64,000 bases of DNA from Octopus bimaculoides (Eukaryota), in contig NC_068989.1 of assembly GCF_001194135.2 (NCBI RefSeq), forward strand, positions 40,733,199 through 40,797,198. The letters run 5' to 3'. The translations under genes and the position numbers were made by a program. The notes below the pieces were generated by a model. The model did no database searches and was not told the DNA's origin. It worked only from the letters and a program-made list of their open reading frames with translations. Below are positions 26,466 to 39,467 of the stretch, one piece after another (position 1 is the stretch's first letter; the number at the start of each line of letters is the position of its first letter).

Positions 26466-26939
26466 CTCACACACACATGAGCACTCACATAACCATTTCC
26501 ATATGTTTGTGTTTATTGAAATATCAGTGTCTTTATATATCTTTTATATATCTTTTTCCTGTTTTTTTTTTATTTCCAATAACACCGGCATTCCCAATAG
26601 TGTTGTGAGTCTTTGTTCTTTTATCTCCTACTTTCTAGCAATTTTTATTTGCTTTTATTTCAAAGTTTTTTCATCAGTTGAAAGTTTTTCTCGTTCATGC
26701 AACGGTAAATTTTCATGTACTTCTTCATATTCCTACGGTGATACCCGCAGGAAAACTTCATTATTATATGTATATAACCCGTTGGTTTACGATAGTAATA
26801 AAATCATAAACTGTTTTATTGAAATATAACAATATATTCGTAATTGATTATTATTTGGATAGGCAAAATCTTTAGAATGTGGAACAAGAATGCCTCATGA
26901 TATTTCTACCGGCTCTTTACGTTCTCTGTTCAAATTCAT

Positions 26940-27840
26940 TATTATTATTATTATCGTTGTTGTTGTTGATAAGGCTGTGAGCTAGCAGAATCGTTAGCAC
27001 GGTGACCGAAATGCTTAACGGTATTTCGCCCGTCGCTACGTTCTGAGTTCAAATTCCATCGTGGTCGACTTTGTCTTTCATCATTTCGGGTTCGATAAAT
27101 TAAGTACCAGTGAAACACTGGGATCGACGTAAATTACTATCTCCCACCCTCCAAATTTCGGGCCTTGTACCTATTGTAGAAAGAATTATTATTATTATTG
27201 GGCCGGTGAGCCAGCAGAATTGTTAGCACGCCGGACAAAATGTTTAGCAACGTTTCGTCCGTCTTTATGTTCTGGGGCCGAGGTTGCTTTTCAAGCAGTA
27301 GGATCGATGTAATTGACTTAACGCCTTCCCTGAAATTGCTGACCTTTGAAACTCTTATAACTTTATGAATGATAAAAGAAAGAAAAGAAGGCGGCATGCT
27401 GGCAGAATAGTTTGTTTGCCGGACGTTCTGAGTTCAAATTCCGCCGAGATCGATTTTTGCTTTTATTCTTTCGGGTCGATGAAATCAGTATCAGTTGAGC
27501 ACTGAGGTCCATGTAATTGACTAGCGCCCGCCTGTTGTTCCTATTGTAGAGAAGATTATTATTACTCGCGGGACAGTCGAAATTCCCCAACATATTTGAA
27601 AACGTTCATATAGGAAATCCAAACAAGGTGGCGAACTGGCAGGATCGTTAGCATGCCGGACAAAATATTTAGCGGCTATTCATCCGTCTTTATGCTTTGA
27701 GTTCAAATTCCACCGGAGTCGACTTTCCCTTTCCTCCTGTCGGGGTCGATGAGATAAGTACCAGCTGAGCATTGGGATTGGTGTAATCAATTGACCCCTC
27801 CCACGAACTTGGTGGCCTTGTGCCAAAATTTAAAACCAAT
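26940..27840 (+). mobile_element. Head-to-tail array of 4 SINE A units
   Basis: Heads near 26970, 27200, 27389 and 27625, mostly separated by (att)n tails. Confidence 0.8.
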
Positions 27841-28282
27841 ATATTTAAGTCAAAAAAAGAATTTCAAAGAAATTTTCTTCAAAACCTGTTATTTAACCAA
27901 AGTTGTACTTTTAGATATAACACTTCATTTGAGTTCAAATATCTATCAATTTGTATATTGTATTTATCAGTATACCTCTGTCAGCATATCTATAATGATA
28001 TATCTGTAGACTCACTTTCCTCTCTGCCTGTCTCTCTAATTAACTATCATATCTATTGTTCCTTCTGCCAACATATGCTTAAGTCTATTCTCATAATACT
28101 CATAAGCATTTAAAGTAAAAGATAAAATGTGTTACGTCGACAGTTATTTGCTAACTAATTTCACTAATAGTTTCATTATCTTAAACGTCTCTGCTGTGCC
28201 TGCGATTTGAATAAACAAATGTAGAATAAAATAGACGTNNNNNNNNNNNCTCATATATATATTTTTCTATAGGAATTATTAT

Positions 28283-28477
28283 AGACGGTGAGCTGGCAGA
28301 ATCATTGGCAACATTTCATCTGCCTTTATGCTCTGAGTTCAAATTCTGCCGAGGTCGGCTTTGCCTTTCATCCTTTCGGGGTCGTTAAAATAATTACTAG
28401 TGACGCACTAGGGTCGACGTAATCGACTAGCCCCATCCCACTAAAATTTCAGACCTTGTATCAATAGTAGTAAGAAC

Positions 28478-28510
<33 letters not shown>

Positions 28511-28710
28511 GGCAGTGAGCTGGCAGAATCAGGACGGAATGCTTAGCAGTATTTCGTCTGTCACTACGTTCTAAGTTCAAATTCCACTGAGGACGATTTT
28601 GCCTTTCATCCTTTTGGGGTCGATAAATTGAGTGCCAGTTAAAGTGGGGTCGATGTAATCACAGGTTTTAGGCTTTGTGCCTATAGTAGAAAGGATTATT
28701 ATTATTTCTA
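28283..28710 (+). mobile_element. SINE A dimer
   Basis: Two units joined through (att)n at ~28480-28508. Confidence 0.8.
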
Positions 28711-30534
28711 TTATTAATAATGCTACGTTTATCATTATAAATGGTATTATACGTCAACATTGCTAATAAAATCAAATATGTCCAACATCCAACCAGCATA
28801 GCCGAAGCTGACTAATCGTTATTCCTCACCGTGACAACGATATGTTAACATGGAATAAACATACAATGTATTTAATTAAAATTCTATATTTGGCTGCTAA
28901 AAATCAATATTAATCAAAAACTTTGAAATAACAGTTTTAAATTTTATGAAAGTATCCAGTGTTCATTAGTAACACAAAGTTCAAATGTAAACCGTAATTT
29001 TCATGTTTAATTGATGCTCGCGTGTTGTTTTGATTGGAAACTACCTTGAAGGGATAAATTGTCTTCGTTTCATTTTTATGATAAATTTCATTTTTCTTCT
29101 CACCTTTAGTCATGTTGTTCTTAGTACAGACTTTTCCCTCGCTGAAGAAGATATTTGTTGTTCTTGAAATTGTTATATAATAGTTAATTCTTATTTAGGC
29201 AGACACTGCAACAAAGTCAAAGAGACAAGCTGCAGTAAAACGTGTCTCACAGTTATCACACTCGTTCACCGTTGCCGTTATAGAAATTTCTCCACATATG
29301 TCGCTGTCTCAGCAGTTGCTTACAGATCACCAGACATGGAATCGCTAGACTGAACTGGAAAGGGTGGTTTCACCATTTAGCTGCTCTGACAAACCCACAT
29401 TTTTCAGATAACTTTTAGTGGATATATCTAGCAACACTATCATGTAGTCTTTTGTACTCAGCGACCAGCAACATCCCACTCTACTATATTAAATGAAAGT
29501 GCGTGTGGCATAATGTAGCCAGATGTTTCCTTGGACAGGGCATAACACAGAGGTGGTAGTACATCACCTTAGCCATCTAGACACTTTATTTCCGAAACTT
29601 TCGACGTTGTTACGTATGTGGACGTCATCCACATACGCTGACACTATACTTTGGGGGCCACTTCCAATAGGAGACTCTCGTGGATAAATCTGCAAAGGAT
29701 CGCACAAGTTTGACTGCAATACCAAAGTCAAACCTTATAGCCGGCAAGCTTTGCTGAAATCCTTGACTTTATTCTATCAGAATTATGGATCAAAATTCCC
29801 AAGCATAAACCACTTATGAGGGTAATTCTTCAGCAGTGTCATCATTTTTCGGCCCACTCAACTGCGAATACACCCAAATTTCAACCAAGTTACACAAGAC
29901 AACTGTGAAGAGAGGAGTGAATACATCACACACGTAGCAATAACTCGAACAGCAGCATATATATATGCGTTTTGGGCCCAGTTGAAGGAGTAGAAAGTGG
30001 GTCAGTCAGACTGGTGGTCCAAAGTAGAAGGCACAGTTGCTATGCATGTGCTAGAATGAGCTACTTGAACGGTTTCTTCACGGCAGAAAATCAAATCGGA
30101 AGAGACGACGATGAACAGCAAAAAGGTACCAGCAACTACAACAGAAGACACCAAAGATGGAGACTGAGACTGTTACTCCCGCTATTCCAAAACACTACTG
30201 TTTAAAGCTCTAAATATGGCTTGAGTGGAAGCAAAAGAAATCCTCTCCTAAATTTATTCATAATTTATATATTTCTGCAGATGATCTTCAACTCGTATCT
30301 GAAACCTAACCTAGCAAAATTTTGTTCAAAGGCATTCTAGCCGTGATCGTCTTGGGGTTTATCGATACGAAGTATCCTGTATTTATAAAAAATGGGTGAA
30401 GGAGGGTTCGAGGGAGAATTTGAATTTTTTGTGGTTGAAAGTGAAACTACGTAGCCGGGTTCTTCCTGTAATCAATGTTTCGAGTATGTTTGAAGGAGTG
30501 TTTGTCTCTGCTTATTTCTGACTGATATTATCAT

Positions 30535-30930
30535 ACTTCGTTCTGAGTTCAAATTTCGGCGAGGTCGACTTTGCCTTTCATCCTTTCGGAATCGATAAAT
30601 TAAGCACTAGTGAAACACTGGGTCGATGTAATTGAATAGCCCCCTCCCGACAAATTTGAGGCCTTGTGCCTCTAGTAGAAAGGATTATTAAAGCGGCGAG
30701 CTGGCAGAATCGTTAGCACACCGGGAAAAATGTTTAGCGGCATTTCGTTTGTCTTCATGTTCTGGGTTCAAATGCCGCCGAGGTCGACTTTTCCTTTTAT
30801 CCTTTCGGGGTTGATAAATTAAGGACAAGCTGAGTACTGGGGTCGTTGTAATCGGCTTAACCCCCACCCCACAATTCCAGGCGTAGTGCTAATAGTAGAA
30901 AGAATTATTATTATTATTATTATTATTAAT
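30535..30930 (+). mobile_element. SINE A dimer (first unit 5'-truncated)
   Basis: ...agtagaaaggattattaaagcggcgagctggcagaatcg... junction at ~30685. Confidence 0.8.
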
Positions 30931-31317
30931 GTTATTCAGTCGCTTCGAAACATTTTTCAATAGACAGGAAATTACGTTGTTAAAATAGTTTCCAAATTTG
31001 CGTGACATTGCAAGAAATCTTCAGCTATGTTACGTGTCCTTGCCAGAATTAAAATCTTATGGCAACATGCTCACAAAGCTCTGCTTGTGTTCACAAGTAA
31101 GCATATATACANNNNNNNNNNNNNNNNNNNNNNNNNNNNNNNNNNNNNNNNNNNNNNNNNNNNNNNNNNNNNNNNNNNNNNNNNNNNNNNNNNNNNNNNN
31201 NNNNNNNNNNNNNNNNNNNNNNNNNNNNNNNNNNNNNNNNNNNNNNNNNNNNNNNNNNNNNNNNNNNNNNNNNNNNNNNNNNNNNNNNNNNNNNNNNNNN
31301 NNNNNNNNNNNNNNNNN

Positions 31318-31369
<52 letters not shown>

Positions 31370-32199
31370 TAATCAGACGGAATTAATTTGATTCAGTTTC
31401 AGCAGATCGGCTTATCTGTCTGCTTGACAAGCGGATTTGTCAGACGTTTGAATCTATATTCGTTTTGTTTAATAAATATCGAGGTACTGGATTTCTATTA
31501 AGTCATTAGTTCCGTTCATTCTCTGATGCATTAATCTCAAGATCAAATCTTTTAAAACACACACCTATTTACACGTGATGTATATGTTTGTGTGTGTGTG
31601 TGTGTTTGTGCGTGTGTGTGTCTGTCTGTGTGTATGTGTGTATGTGTAGCATGCATAGTCAAATTTTTAAGAAGATAGCATCTCAATCATGGAATTTCTA
31701 GTTCTATAAATGGTATCTCGAGCATGTGTTTTACCAAAACCTTTGGTCGGTTCAAACATTGGGAGGGGAAATGAGTTGGCGAAAGCTGTTTGGTAAGCCA
31801 TTTTGAATGGACTACACTTCTAACTGAATGGGTCTGCCTTACCACACACAGTGTTACATTGCTTCTTCTAAAGAATTACTTCAAGGCTACACATACCTGT
31901 GAAATACTCACCATCCTCGCTTATTCATCGTGTAGGCCATTCCGTAGATTTCACAATTGAAACAGAAATCGTCAAGACCAATGGAGTCACTTATTAAAAT
32001 TGTAGCTGTAAATGAACCTAAATATCGTCGTTGTGCAAACGATAATCGGGTCAGAGAATTTGAATTCCATCCTGATTGCGGGGTTCCTCCATGAAAGGAA
32101 CATGAAAGTTTAATCTTCTCTCGAAACAAACTGGAAGAAAGATAGTAATATAGCATTGGTGTCCGAGTTGGTTTTGTTTTCTTCAATAATTTTTTTTTC

Positions 32200-32800
32200 T
32201 ATTTTATTTAAAAGATCAACTCCAGCAGTGACAGAGTGTCGCCTGTGGAACGGCTTCGAGGTTTACCCTTTTCTCGTTTTGTGTCATTTACAGTTGTTTT
32301 GAGGCTTTACGATAGTAGACGTTTGTAACGGCAGAGAGGACATCGTAGTCTTTTTTCCCAGTGGTTATAGTTCTTTTCAGTGAATTGACTCTGTCTTTGA
32401 ATTCACTGCAAAGAATTTAACAACGACATTTCTCTTCTTCTTCTCTAACTACATCCTAACCATCGCAGGTTTGTTTTACGGCGGCAAATTCTGTATTTCG
32501 TTTGTTGGCTCTATTCTAACGTAGCATCGATATTTATGTAGTTCTTCGATTTGATGTTTAAAATATCGCAGAACTTTTTTTCATAGAAATGCTCCAGCTT
32601 TTTGATATTCCAACGACAAATTTCACAAGAGTACAATAATGCTGATATAACGACAGCTAGATAAAACATTAGTTTTGTATTAAATCTTATTGTTAAAATC
32701 CCGTTTTGCTAGTTTTTCAAGTGCTAAATAGACTGGCCCAATTCGGTGTTCAAAATACTATTCCTGGATTATATTTACTGGAAAAGAAACTTCCATGATA
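32200..32800 (-). mobile_element. RTE-clade LINE remnant (post-RT region)
   Basis: TIRFNTKLMFYLAVVISALLYSCE-ICRWNIKKLEHFYEKKFCDILNIK...NLRWLG resembles RTE TKLKVYKAVVLSTLLYGCETWT...LEQFH..CLR.IL.I.W...LRWLGH. Confidence 0.75.
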
Positions 32801-34224
32801 GAGAAAATAATCCCTCGAGGGATATTTCAGAGATAGCTAAGTTAAAATCTGAAAGATTGAGTTTCGGAGCAGGTCGGGTGACGGCGTTTTGATATTTTTG
32901 ATCTTTTTGATTTTTTTTTATAATTACTGTTAGACCAAAGGGATTATTCGCACTGATGAGGCTGTTTACTGATCACTGAAGTTACTGATTTGTGCAGCAG
33001 ACAGCAGCGTAGTTCGTCTGTGTAATAAAGATTCTGAGTGGAAATAGGTGATGTTAAGCAGATGATATCAAAATCTGGTTTTGTTAAATAGACTGATAAA
33101 AATGGTTTAAATCTTTAAATGTCAGAAACTCGTGATTCAGAATTCTCTTTCCAGAACGAAGCAAATATTGGTCTCAGTACGAAGATTTATGGGCCACCTT
33201 CTAGCTGCAGACAGTATCAGCATCCTGACAGACCCACAAGATATTCTCTAACACTGGATAGCGCTTTCTCCTCCATGCTAATTCTGGATTCAATGCAGTA
33301 GAAGTATTTTTCAAAAACTTTCCATATCATACTAAACTCTATTAAAGAAAGTGCAAGTACCATTTCGCCTGTTTGAAAATGGAACAAACGGTATGAAATT
33401 ACGCTAACTCTAAACTCGAGGCAAACATACCTTTTCAATTCTTAAAACAGAGTGGAAACCTCTCAAAATCAGATTGTTAATTTTATTCTGAAAGTATTTG
33501 AAGAAATAGAATCGAAAACCTTGTCAGAATTATCATTAAAAATCACTATTCTATATCACAGGAAAAAGCATTTTCAAAAATGCCTCGAAACTTGTTTCAG
33601 ATCAACGTGACTGAAGTTTTCGAATCTGAAGACAAATTTGCGACACTCATTGCACAATGTAAATGAAATATTTTGTGAATGGCAATTACAAATGAAAAGC
33701 AGAGACTAAAAGAAACTATTTGTCTTGTTCAAGCACTGAAAGTGTACCAAGTGATGCGATGTGGATGGCTAGTCAACATTTTCGCTCGTCAAACTTCAAT
33801 TCACATGTTCAAGCACTGATCGACAGTATGTGAAGTGATTTATTACATCATAAGTTCTTTGAGCAGTTACAAATTATATATATGTAGGTTGGAATAGGAT
33901 TGGATCTTTGCACGGCACGCACTATTATCTTTTAGGTAACTTCGGTAATTCTTGAACTACATCCGGATAAACCAGGTGTTGACGTCAGAAGCTGTTTGAT
34001 GTTGGAGTATTTTACGCACCAACACACACAGGAACGCTTGCATATATATATATATATATATATATAATATTGTCAGACGTCAATCCGGAGAACATTCGAA
34101 AACGGATACATTCTGTTTGATAAGTATTAGAAATATACATTGCGTATTGAATCGTTCTTTTTTAATTAACACTTTGAAAAGTTTTATCTTGATAAAATGT
34201 TAACAAATCACGTGCGCGCGCAAT

Positions 34225-34296
<72 letters not shown>

Positions 34297-34819
34297 CACC
34301 AGTTGTATGCTATTTTTATGTGAGTGATGAAAAACCTTTCAACAAGATTGATTTAAATGATTCAGTTAAATTGCTATTGCTTTGCATTATTCACATCCGA
34401 TTTCGTACTTCATTCTTTATTGTACCACATAGGCAACAAAACAACAGTATTTCTATTTCATATGCTATTAGCGTTCAATGAGTTTAAGCTGTTTGTAATA
34501 AATTCGTTGCAATAGCTTATAAAAAGAATTTTACAACCATGATAAAATTTTTAAGAGTATCGATTTTTTACACAAACAGAAAAGGTTGAAATATATATGC
34601 AGAAGAATACGTCAGTGGCATGCTAATGAATGCAATATATTTGTTGACTTATCTAGAGTCTGTTACTAATTATAATTATTTACACTTCAACTTTTGCGGT
34701 CCGGTTGGAAGGAAAATGTAAAATTGGACGCCTCAACTAGCACTAAATAAGTTTTCAACTGAGCAGCTGTATTAGATGCAAGCAATTATAACATTTAGAC
34801 GTTGCCATATTATTCCTTG

Positions 34820-34882
<63 letters not shown>

Positions 34883-34992
34883 CTACTTTACTAGTGCGTT
34901 AAAAGACCGTGGTGCATTGCACAGTACACAACAAACTCGTGCATCATATATATTAACGTACATTTATTGGTATTTCATTTTATTATTTAAGT

Positions 34993-35430
34993 AAAGGTGG
35001 CGAGCTAGCAGAATCGTTAGCATGACGGGAGGAATCTTTAGCGACATTTCGTCCGTCTTCACTTTCTGAGTTCAAATTCTGCCGAGGTCGACTTAGCTTT
35101 GCGTCCTTCGGAGTCGATAAAATAAGTACCAGTTGGGTACTGGGGGCGATGTAATCGGCTTATATCCCTTCCCCAAATTTCAGGCCTAGTGCCTATAGTA
35201 GGAAGGATCATTTAAGTAATGTATGGCGGCAAGCTAGTAAAATCGTTAGCACGCTGAACAAGATGCTTAGTGACATTTCGTCCGTCTTTACGTGCAGAGT
35301 TCAAATTCCACTGATGTCGACTTTGCCTTTCAGAATCGATGAAATAAATACTAGTTGAACGTTGGAGCCAATGTAATCCAGAAAATCCTGTCGCCAAAAT
35401 TTCAGGCTTTCTGCTTATAGGAGACACGAC
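34993..35430 (+). mobile_element. SINE A dimer
   Basis: Heads at ~34995 and ~35225. Confidence 0.8.
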
Positions 35431-35835
35431 TGTTTAAGTAAATTCAAATTTTTCATCATTTAGAAGGTGTTAACCAAGGTGACTATACTTGGTTCTAAAA
35501 AAATCAGCAACCCGTACAGACTTGGGAAACAAAGATTGCAGACATTCGATGCTGTACCTGTAAATATGCGTGTGAATTTTATTCAAATATTAATAATTGT
35601 GCTGCATAATAATTTGTTATATATATATATATAATATATATATATATACAGAGAGAGAGAGAGAGATTTTGGTAAGCAACTCAGAAAATAATTCTTTCTG
35701 TTATAAGCACAAGGCCTGAAATTTTGTGGGAGGGGACTAGTCGATTCCATCGACCTTGGTGCTTAAGTTATCTGAAAGTTATCTGAAAAATGTGGGTTTG
35801 TCAGAGCAGCTAAATGGTGAAACCACCCTTTCCAG

Positions 35836-36720
35836 GTCATTAAGAATGAAAGTCCGATTTTGAACTGAAACTTTATTTTACTTCTCAACATAAAGCAATG
35901 TAGTTAATCAAAATATGCGCCTAAATTATCAACTCAACGTTGCCATTTTATTAGTAGCTTATTTATGCCGACAACGAAGAAGTCTAGAGAGCAAGATATG
36001 ATGAAATAATGAAAGGCTGTTTTTGCATCTTCTTCAGATTTGAAGTTTTCTGCCTGCTAAAAGTTGTCTAATGCCTGGAAAACGTGATAATCAGCTGGTG
36101 TAAAGGTCGGGTGAATATGATGGATGACAGAGTACTTCCAAGTTCAGTTCCTGTAACTTGAGTAGCGTTCTTTGTATATGTTGTCACGCATTGTCTTGCA
36201 AGAGAATTGGCTTGTCTCTATTGGTCAATCTTGGTTGTTTAATTACAATTCCACTCATCATTTATACATGCGCTGAAATTGACTTACCAGGTCTCATGAA
36301 CCTGTAGTGGATGTCATCTGCGCTGGGCCACCAAACAGACACTATTAGCATTTTTTTTTTTTATTTTTGGTGAATATTCTTTTTGGGATTGTGTTTTAGC
36401 ACTTAATCTCTATCCAACCACCGTGCAGGACGCTTGCTATTGTTGAAAAGAATCCATTTTTCAACTAATGTAACAATCCAGTGCAAATATATTTCGTCTT
36501 TATGCCGTGACAGCAAAGGGCAGCAAGTTTCAAGACGACGTGTCATCTGATGCTCGCTCAGTTCGTGTGTTACCCACTTGTCTAGATTCTTTATCTTGCC
36601 GATTCGTCTCAGACTGTCCAATACAGTTGGAATCAAAATTTCAAACCTTGCTGCTAACTCAGGCATGGTTTGAGATGAATCCGTTTCCACTACAGTTTCC
36701 AGCTCATCATTATCCAGTTT
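35836..36720 (-). mobile_element. Mariner transposon remnant (5'-truncated) with right TIR
   Basis: DNDELETVVETDSSQTMPELAARF...LDKWVTHEL (WVPHEL), IVTLVEKWILFNN, MLIVSVWW, ILLQDNA, HPSYSPDL, GAYFD*; TIR-like end ggtcattaagaatgaaagtccgatttt at 35835-35861. Confidence 0.85.
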
Positions 36721-36830
36721 TCTGATATTCCAACGACAAATTGTCCATGTTTCACAAGAGTACAATAATGGTGATATAACGACAGCAAGATAAAGCATTA
36801 GTTTTGTATTAAGTCTTATTGTTAACAAAG
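36712..36830 (-). mobile_element. ~115 bp RTE fragment fused in frame to the mariner
   Basis: About 95% identical by my count to ~32590-32700 (about 6 substitutions and a 9-bp indel); forms the N-terminus of ORF 36403-36828. Confidence 0.8.
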
Positions 36831-36967
36831 TATATCACATCAAATCCCACCCAATTCCATCCAAACCTGGCATGTCAATCAATGTTTACTCAAATACACG
36901 TTTTATACGTATCAAGTGAGCACAAACAGAATCGACATATTGCCAGATTTTACCTACAGAAAATCTA

Positions 36968-37008
<41 letters not shown>

Positions 37009-37739
37009 ATGTGTGTGTGTGTGTGTGTGTGTGTGCATATCTTTAATATAAGCAATTATCAATGATTTCTACAAACCTAATGATAGTTCCTAAACGTCCA
37101 TTTTGATGCATGGACACAAGAAAATCCCATTTCCATCTTAGTATTTAAGAGACGTCTTCTAGAAAATCAAATCAAATATAGTTCTTCGTAACAAAGAAAG
37201 CAGAAAGACTTTCCAAGTTTATAAGCAATATCCCTGCTTATAACTTCCCACTCTACCGATAAGCTTTTTTGGGGTATCTTTTAAATCCCAAATAAATTTA
37301 CTAAGGCTAGTGGAAGCAAAACCTATTTTTATTATTAAAGATGTGAATATGATTAGCAATACGTTTTTTAAAAAAAAATTTTGCGTAACACCAGTACAAA
37401 CGAAATTTTTACCTTCAGATTATACCTTCAACCTGTAAACAATATTTTTTCGTTTAAAATAATTCTTAAATAAATATTTACTTTTAACTCTGCAGTCACA
37501 AAGTGCATTATCTGTATCCTTTACATTATGATTCTGTTTCTCATCGTTACAAATTAGATTTTTAATGTTTGTAGTTTTACATACATTCTAAAGGTTAGGA
37601 TGAGATTTTACTCGAGTAGCTTCCCTTTGCACGTTAGATGTCCGACGTTCACTCTCCTTTTTGCGTTTATTCCATTGCTATTAATAGAACAGCGTTTGCT
37701 ATGGTTACAATTATAAAAATAGTACAATCTGGTATAAGT

Positions 37740-38600
37740 TTCTAGATACAGAATGACGACGATAAAACTGAACCTTTTGTTCCTAAAAGACCGAGAATTA
37801 TTTTAAAGGATCATAAGGAGATTTGTAGTAGCGTTAAAGTTAGATTGATTTGCCCTGTTAAATCTGATTTGGGAAAACTTAGTAGCGCAATTTTAGATAA
37901 GTATATTCCTGTTTTTAAAGAAAAAAATAAGATTGCAACTCTGCTCTAATACGTTTGAGGAAATTGATTGGTTTAATAGAATTAAATTCAATTGTAGGAG
38001 TAAATTTATGCAAATAGTTATTGATAGCTATTACTCTTCAATTAACCAAACTGTCTTAAATAAAGCCCTCAAATTTGCAAAAAATAACTCTAATATCAAC
38101 ATGGATGAAATAAGGATTATTTTAGCTGCTAGAAGAACGATTGTAGGGTGCGAGAATAAGTATTGGACTAAGATTAATAGTATGGATGGATTTGATATAG
38201 TAATAGGACAGGCAAATTCCTCTCAAGTAACAGATTTGGTTAGGATTTGTATTCTATTAATCCTAGAAGGGACTTTCCTGATCTGGAAGGAGGTCTTTAT
38301 AGGGATGATGCCCTTTTTACCTTAGGAATATGTCTAATAGAAAGGTAGAACGCTGTAAGAAAAACTTTCCTAGGCTGTTTAAGAGTTTTGGACTCTCTTT
38401 AACGATTGAAAATGAGCATGAATCGGTGAACTTCCTTGACGTTAATCTTAATCTTGTTACTTGTCAGTATCAACCACACCATAAACCCAACTCTAGTCTT
38501 AGGTATATTAACTTTGAAAGCAACCATCCTGGTTCTGTGAAAAGTTTTTTTAGCTTATACTTCCAAAAGAATTTCAAATTTATTATCTAAGAGGTTGTCG
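37740..38600 (+). mobile_element. Penelope-like element reverse transcriptase remnant
   Basis: RIILKDHKE..VRLICPVKSDLGKLSSAILDK, YYSSINQTVLNKALKFAK, FDIVIGQANSSQVTDLV, GLYRDDAL, VNFLDVNLNL...YQPHHKPNSSLRYINFESNHP. Confidence 0.85.
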
Positions 38601-38714
38601 ATAAAGCTCTATATAAACAGAAATTATTTAAGAACAGTAATTCGGAACAGTAATTATTTATATCGAATTGTAGGAAAGAATAAGAGATTTTGTTGTTTAA
38701 GAGATGGAACCATG

Positions 38715-38832
38715 TTATAACTTCACCTGTACAGGACCATAACGCAAGACACTTGCCCAAGGTGACATACAGCTACACCTGCACTTATATGTGCATATAT
38801 ATACATTTATATGTATGTGCATATGTGTATAT

Positions 38833-38864
<32 letters not shown>

Positions 38865-39075
38865 TCTTTTATTCTTTTCCTTTATTCATTTACTTGTTTC
38901 AGTCATTCGACTGCAGCCATGCTTGTTCACCACCTTTAGTCGAACAATCGAGACCAGGACTTATTCTTTGTAAGTCTTGTATTTATTCTATCGGTCTCTT
39001 TTGCTGAGCCGCTAATTACGGTGACATAAACACACCAACATCGATTGTCAGGTGATAGTGGGGGACAAACACAAA
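38715..39075 (-). mobile_element. SINE B (antisense) with expanded internal (TA)/(TG) tract
   Basis: Reverse complement of the B 3' half (tttcagtcattcgactgcagccatgc...ccgctaattacggtgacataaacacacc) plus CORE-like gacacttgcccaaggt. Confidence 0.65.
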
Positions 39076-39125
39076 TATATACATACGTATTTATATATAT
39101 ATATATATATATATATCAATATATA

Positions 39126-39467
39126 TATCTATAAAACAGATGATGTTTGTGTGTGTGTGTACGTGAATGTGGGTGGTGCACGTCCACAAATTAGCACGCA
39201 TGTCGCTCCAATTTTAGGAGGACACTGTTCATGACCCTATCTGTGTTTTTGTCAACTTTTTCTCACAGAGGCACCCGCGTATAGCTGTAAAAATCGATAA
39301 ACTTTTACCAATCTTGAAGTTTGTTGACATGGCGAAATCAAATCTGTGCGTACGCGCGTGAAGGAGAGAGAGAGCAAGAGAGAGAGAAAGAAAGAAAGAG
39401 AGGGAGAAAGAAAGAGAGAAAGAAAGAAATAGTGTTTGTGACAAGGGGAGAAACAGTGTTTGCCAAG
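39126..39467 (+). mobile_element. Possible non-autonomous Helitron-like element 5' end running into an N-gap
   Basis: Starts a|tctataaaacagatgatgttt(gt)n, resembling the TC start plus microsatellite layout of non-autonomous rolling-circle elements; 3' end not visible. Confidence 0.35.

Noticed and set aside
29200-30230. GC-richer stretch and ORF 29972-30205 as the missing ICL3 exon
   Set aside because: The exon at 45805-45955 fits both phases and ends in LKARRQ; this region has no matching splice phases and is probably an unclassified TE remnant.
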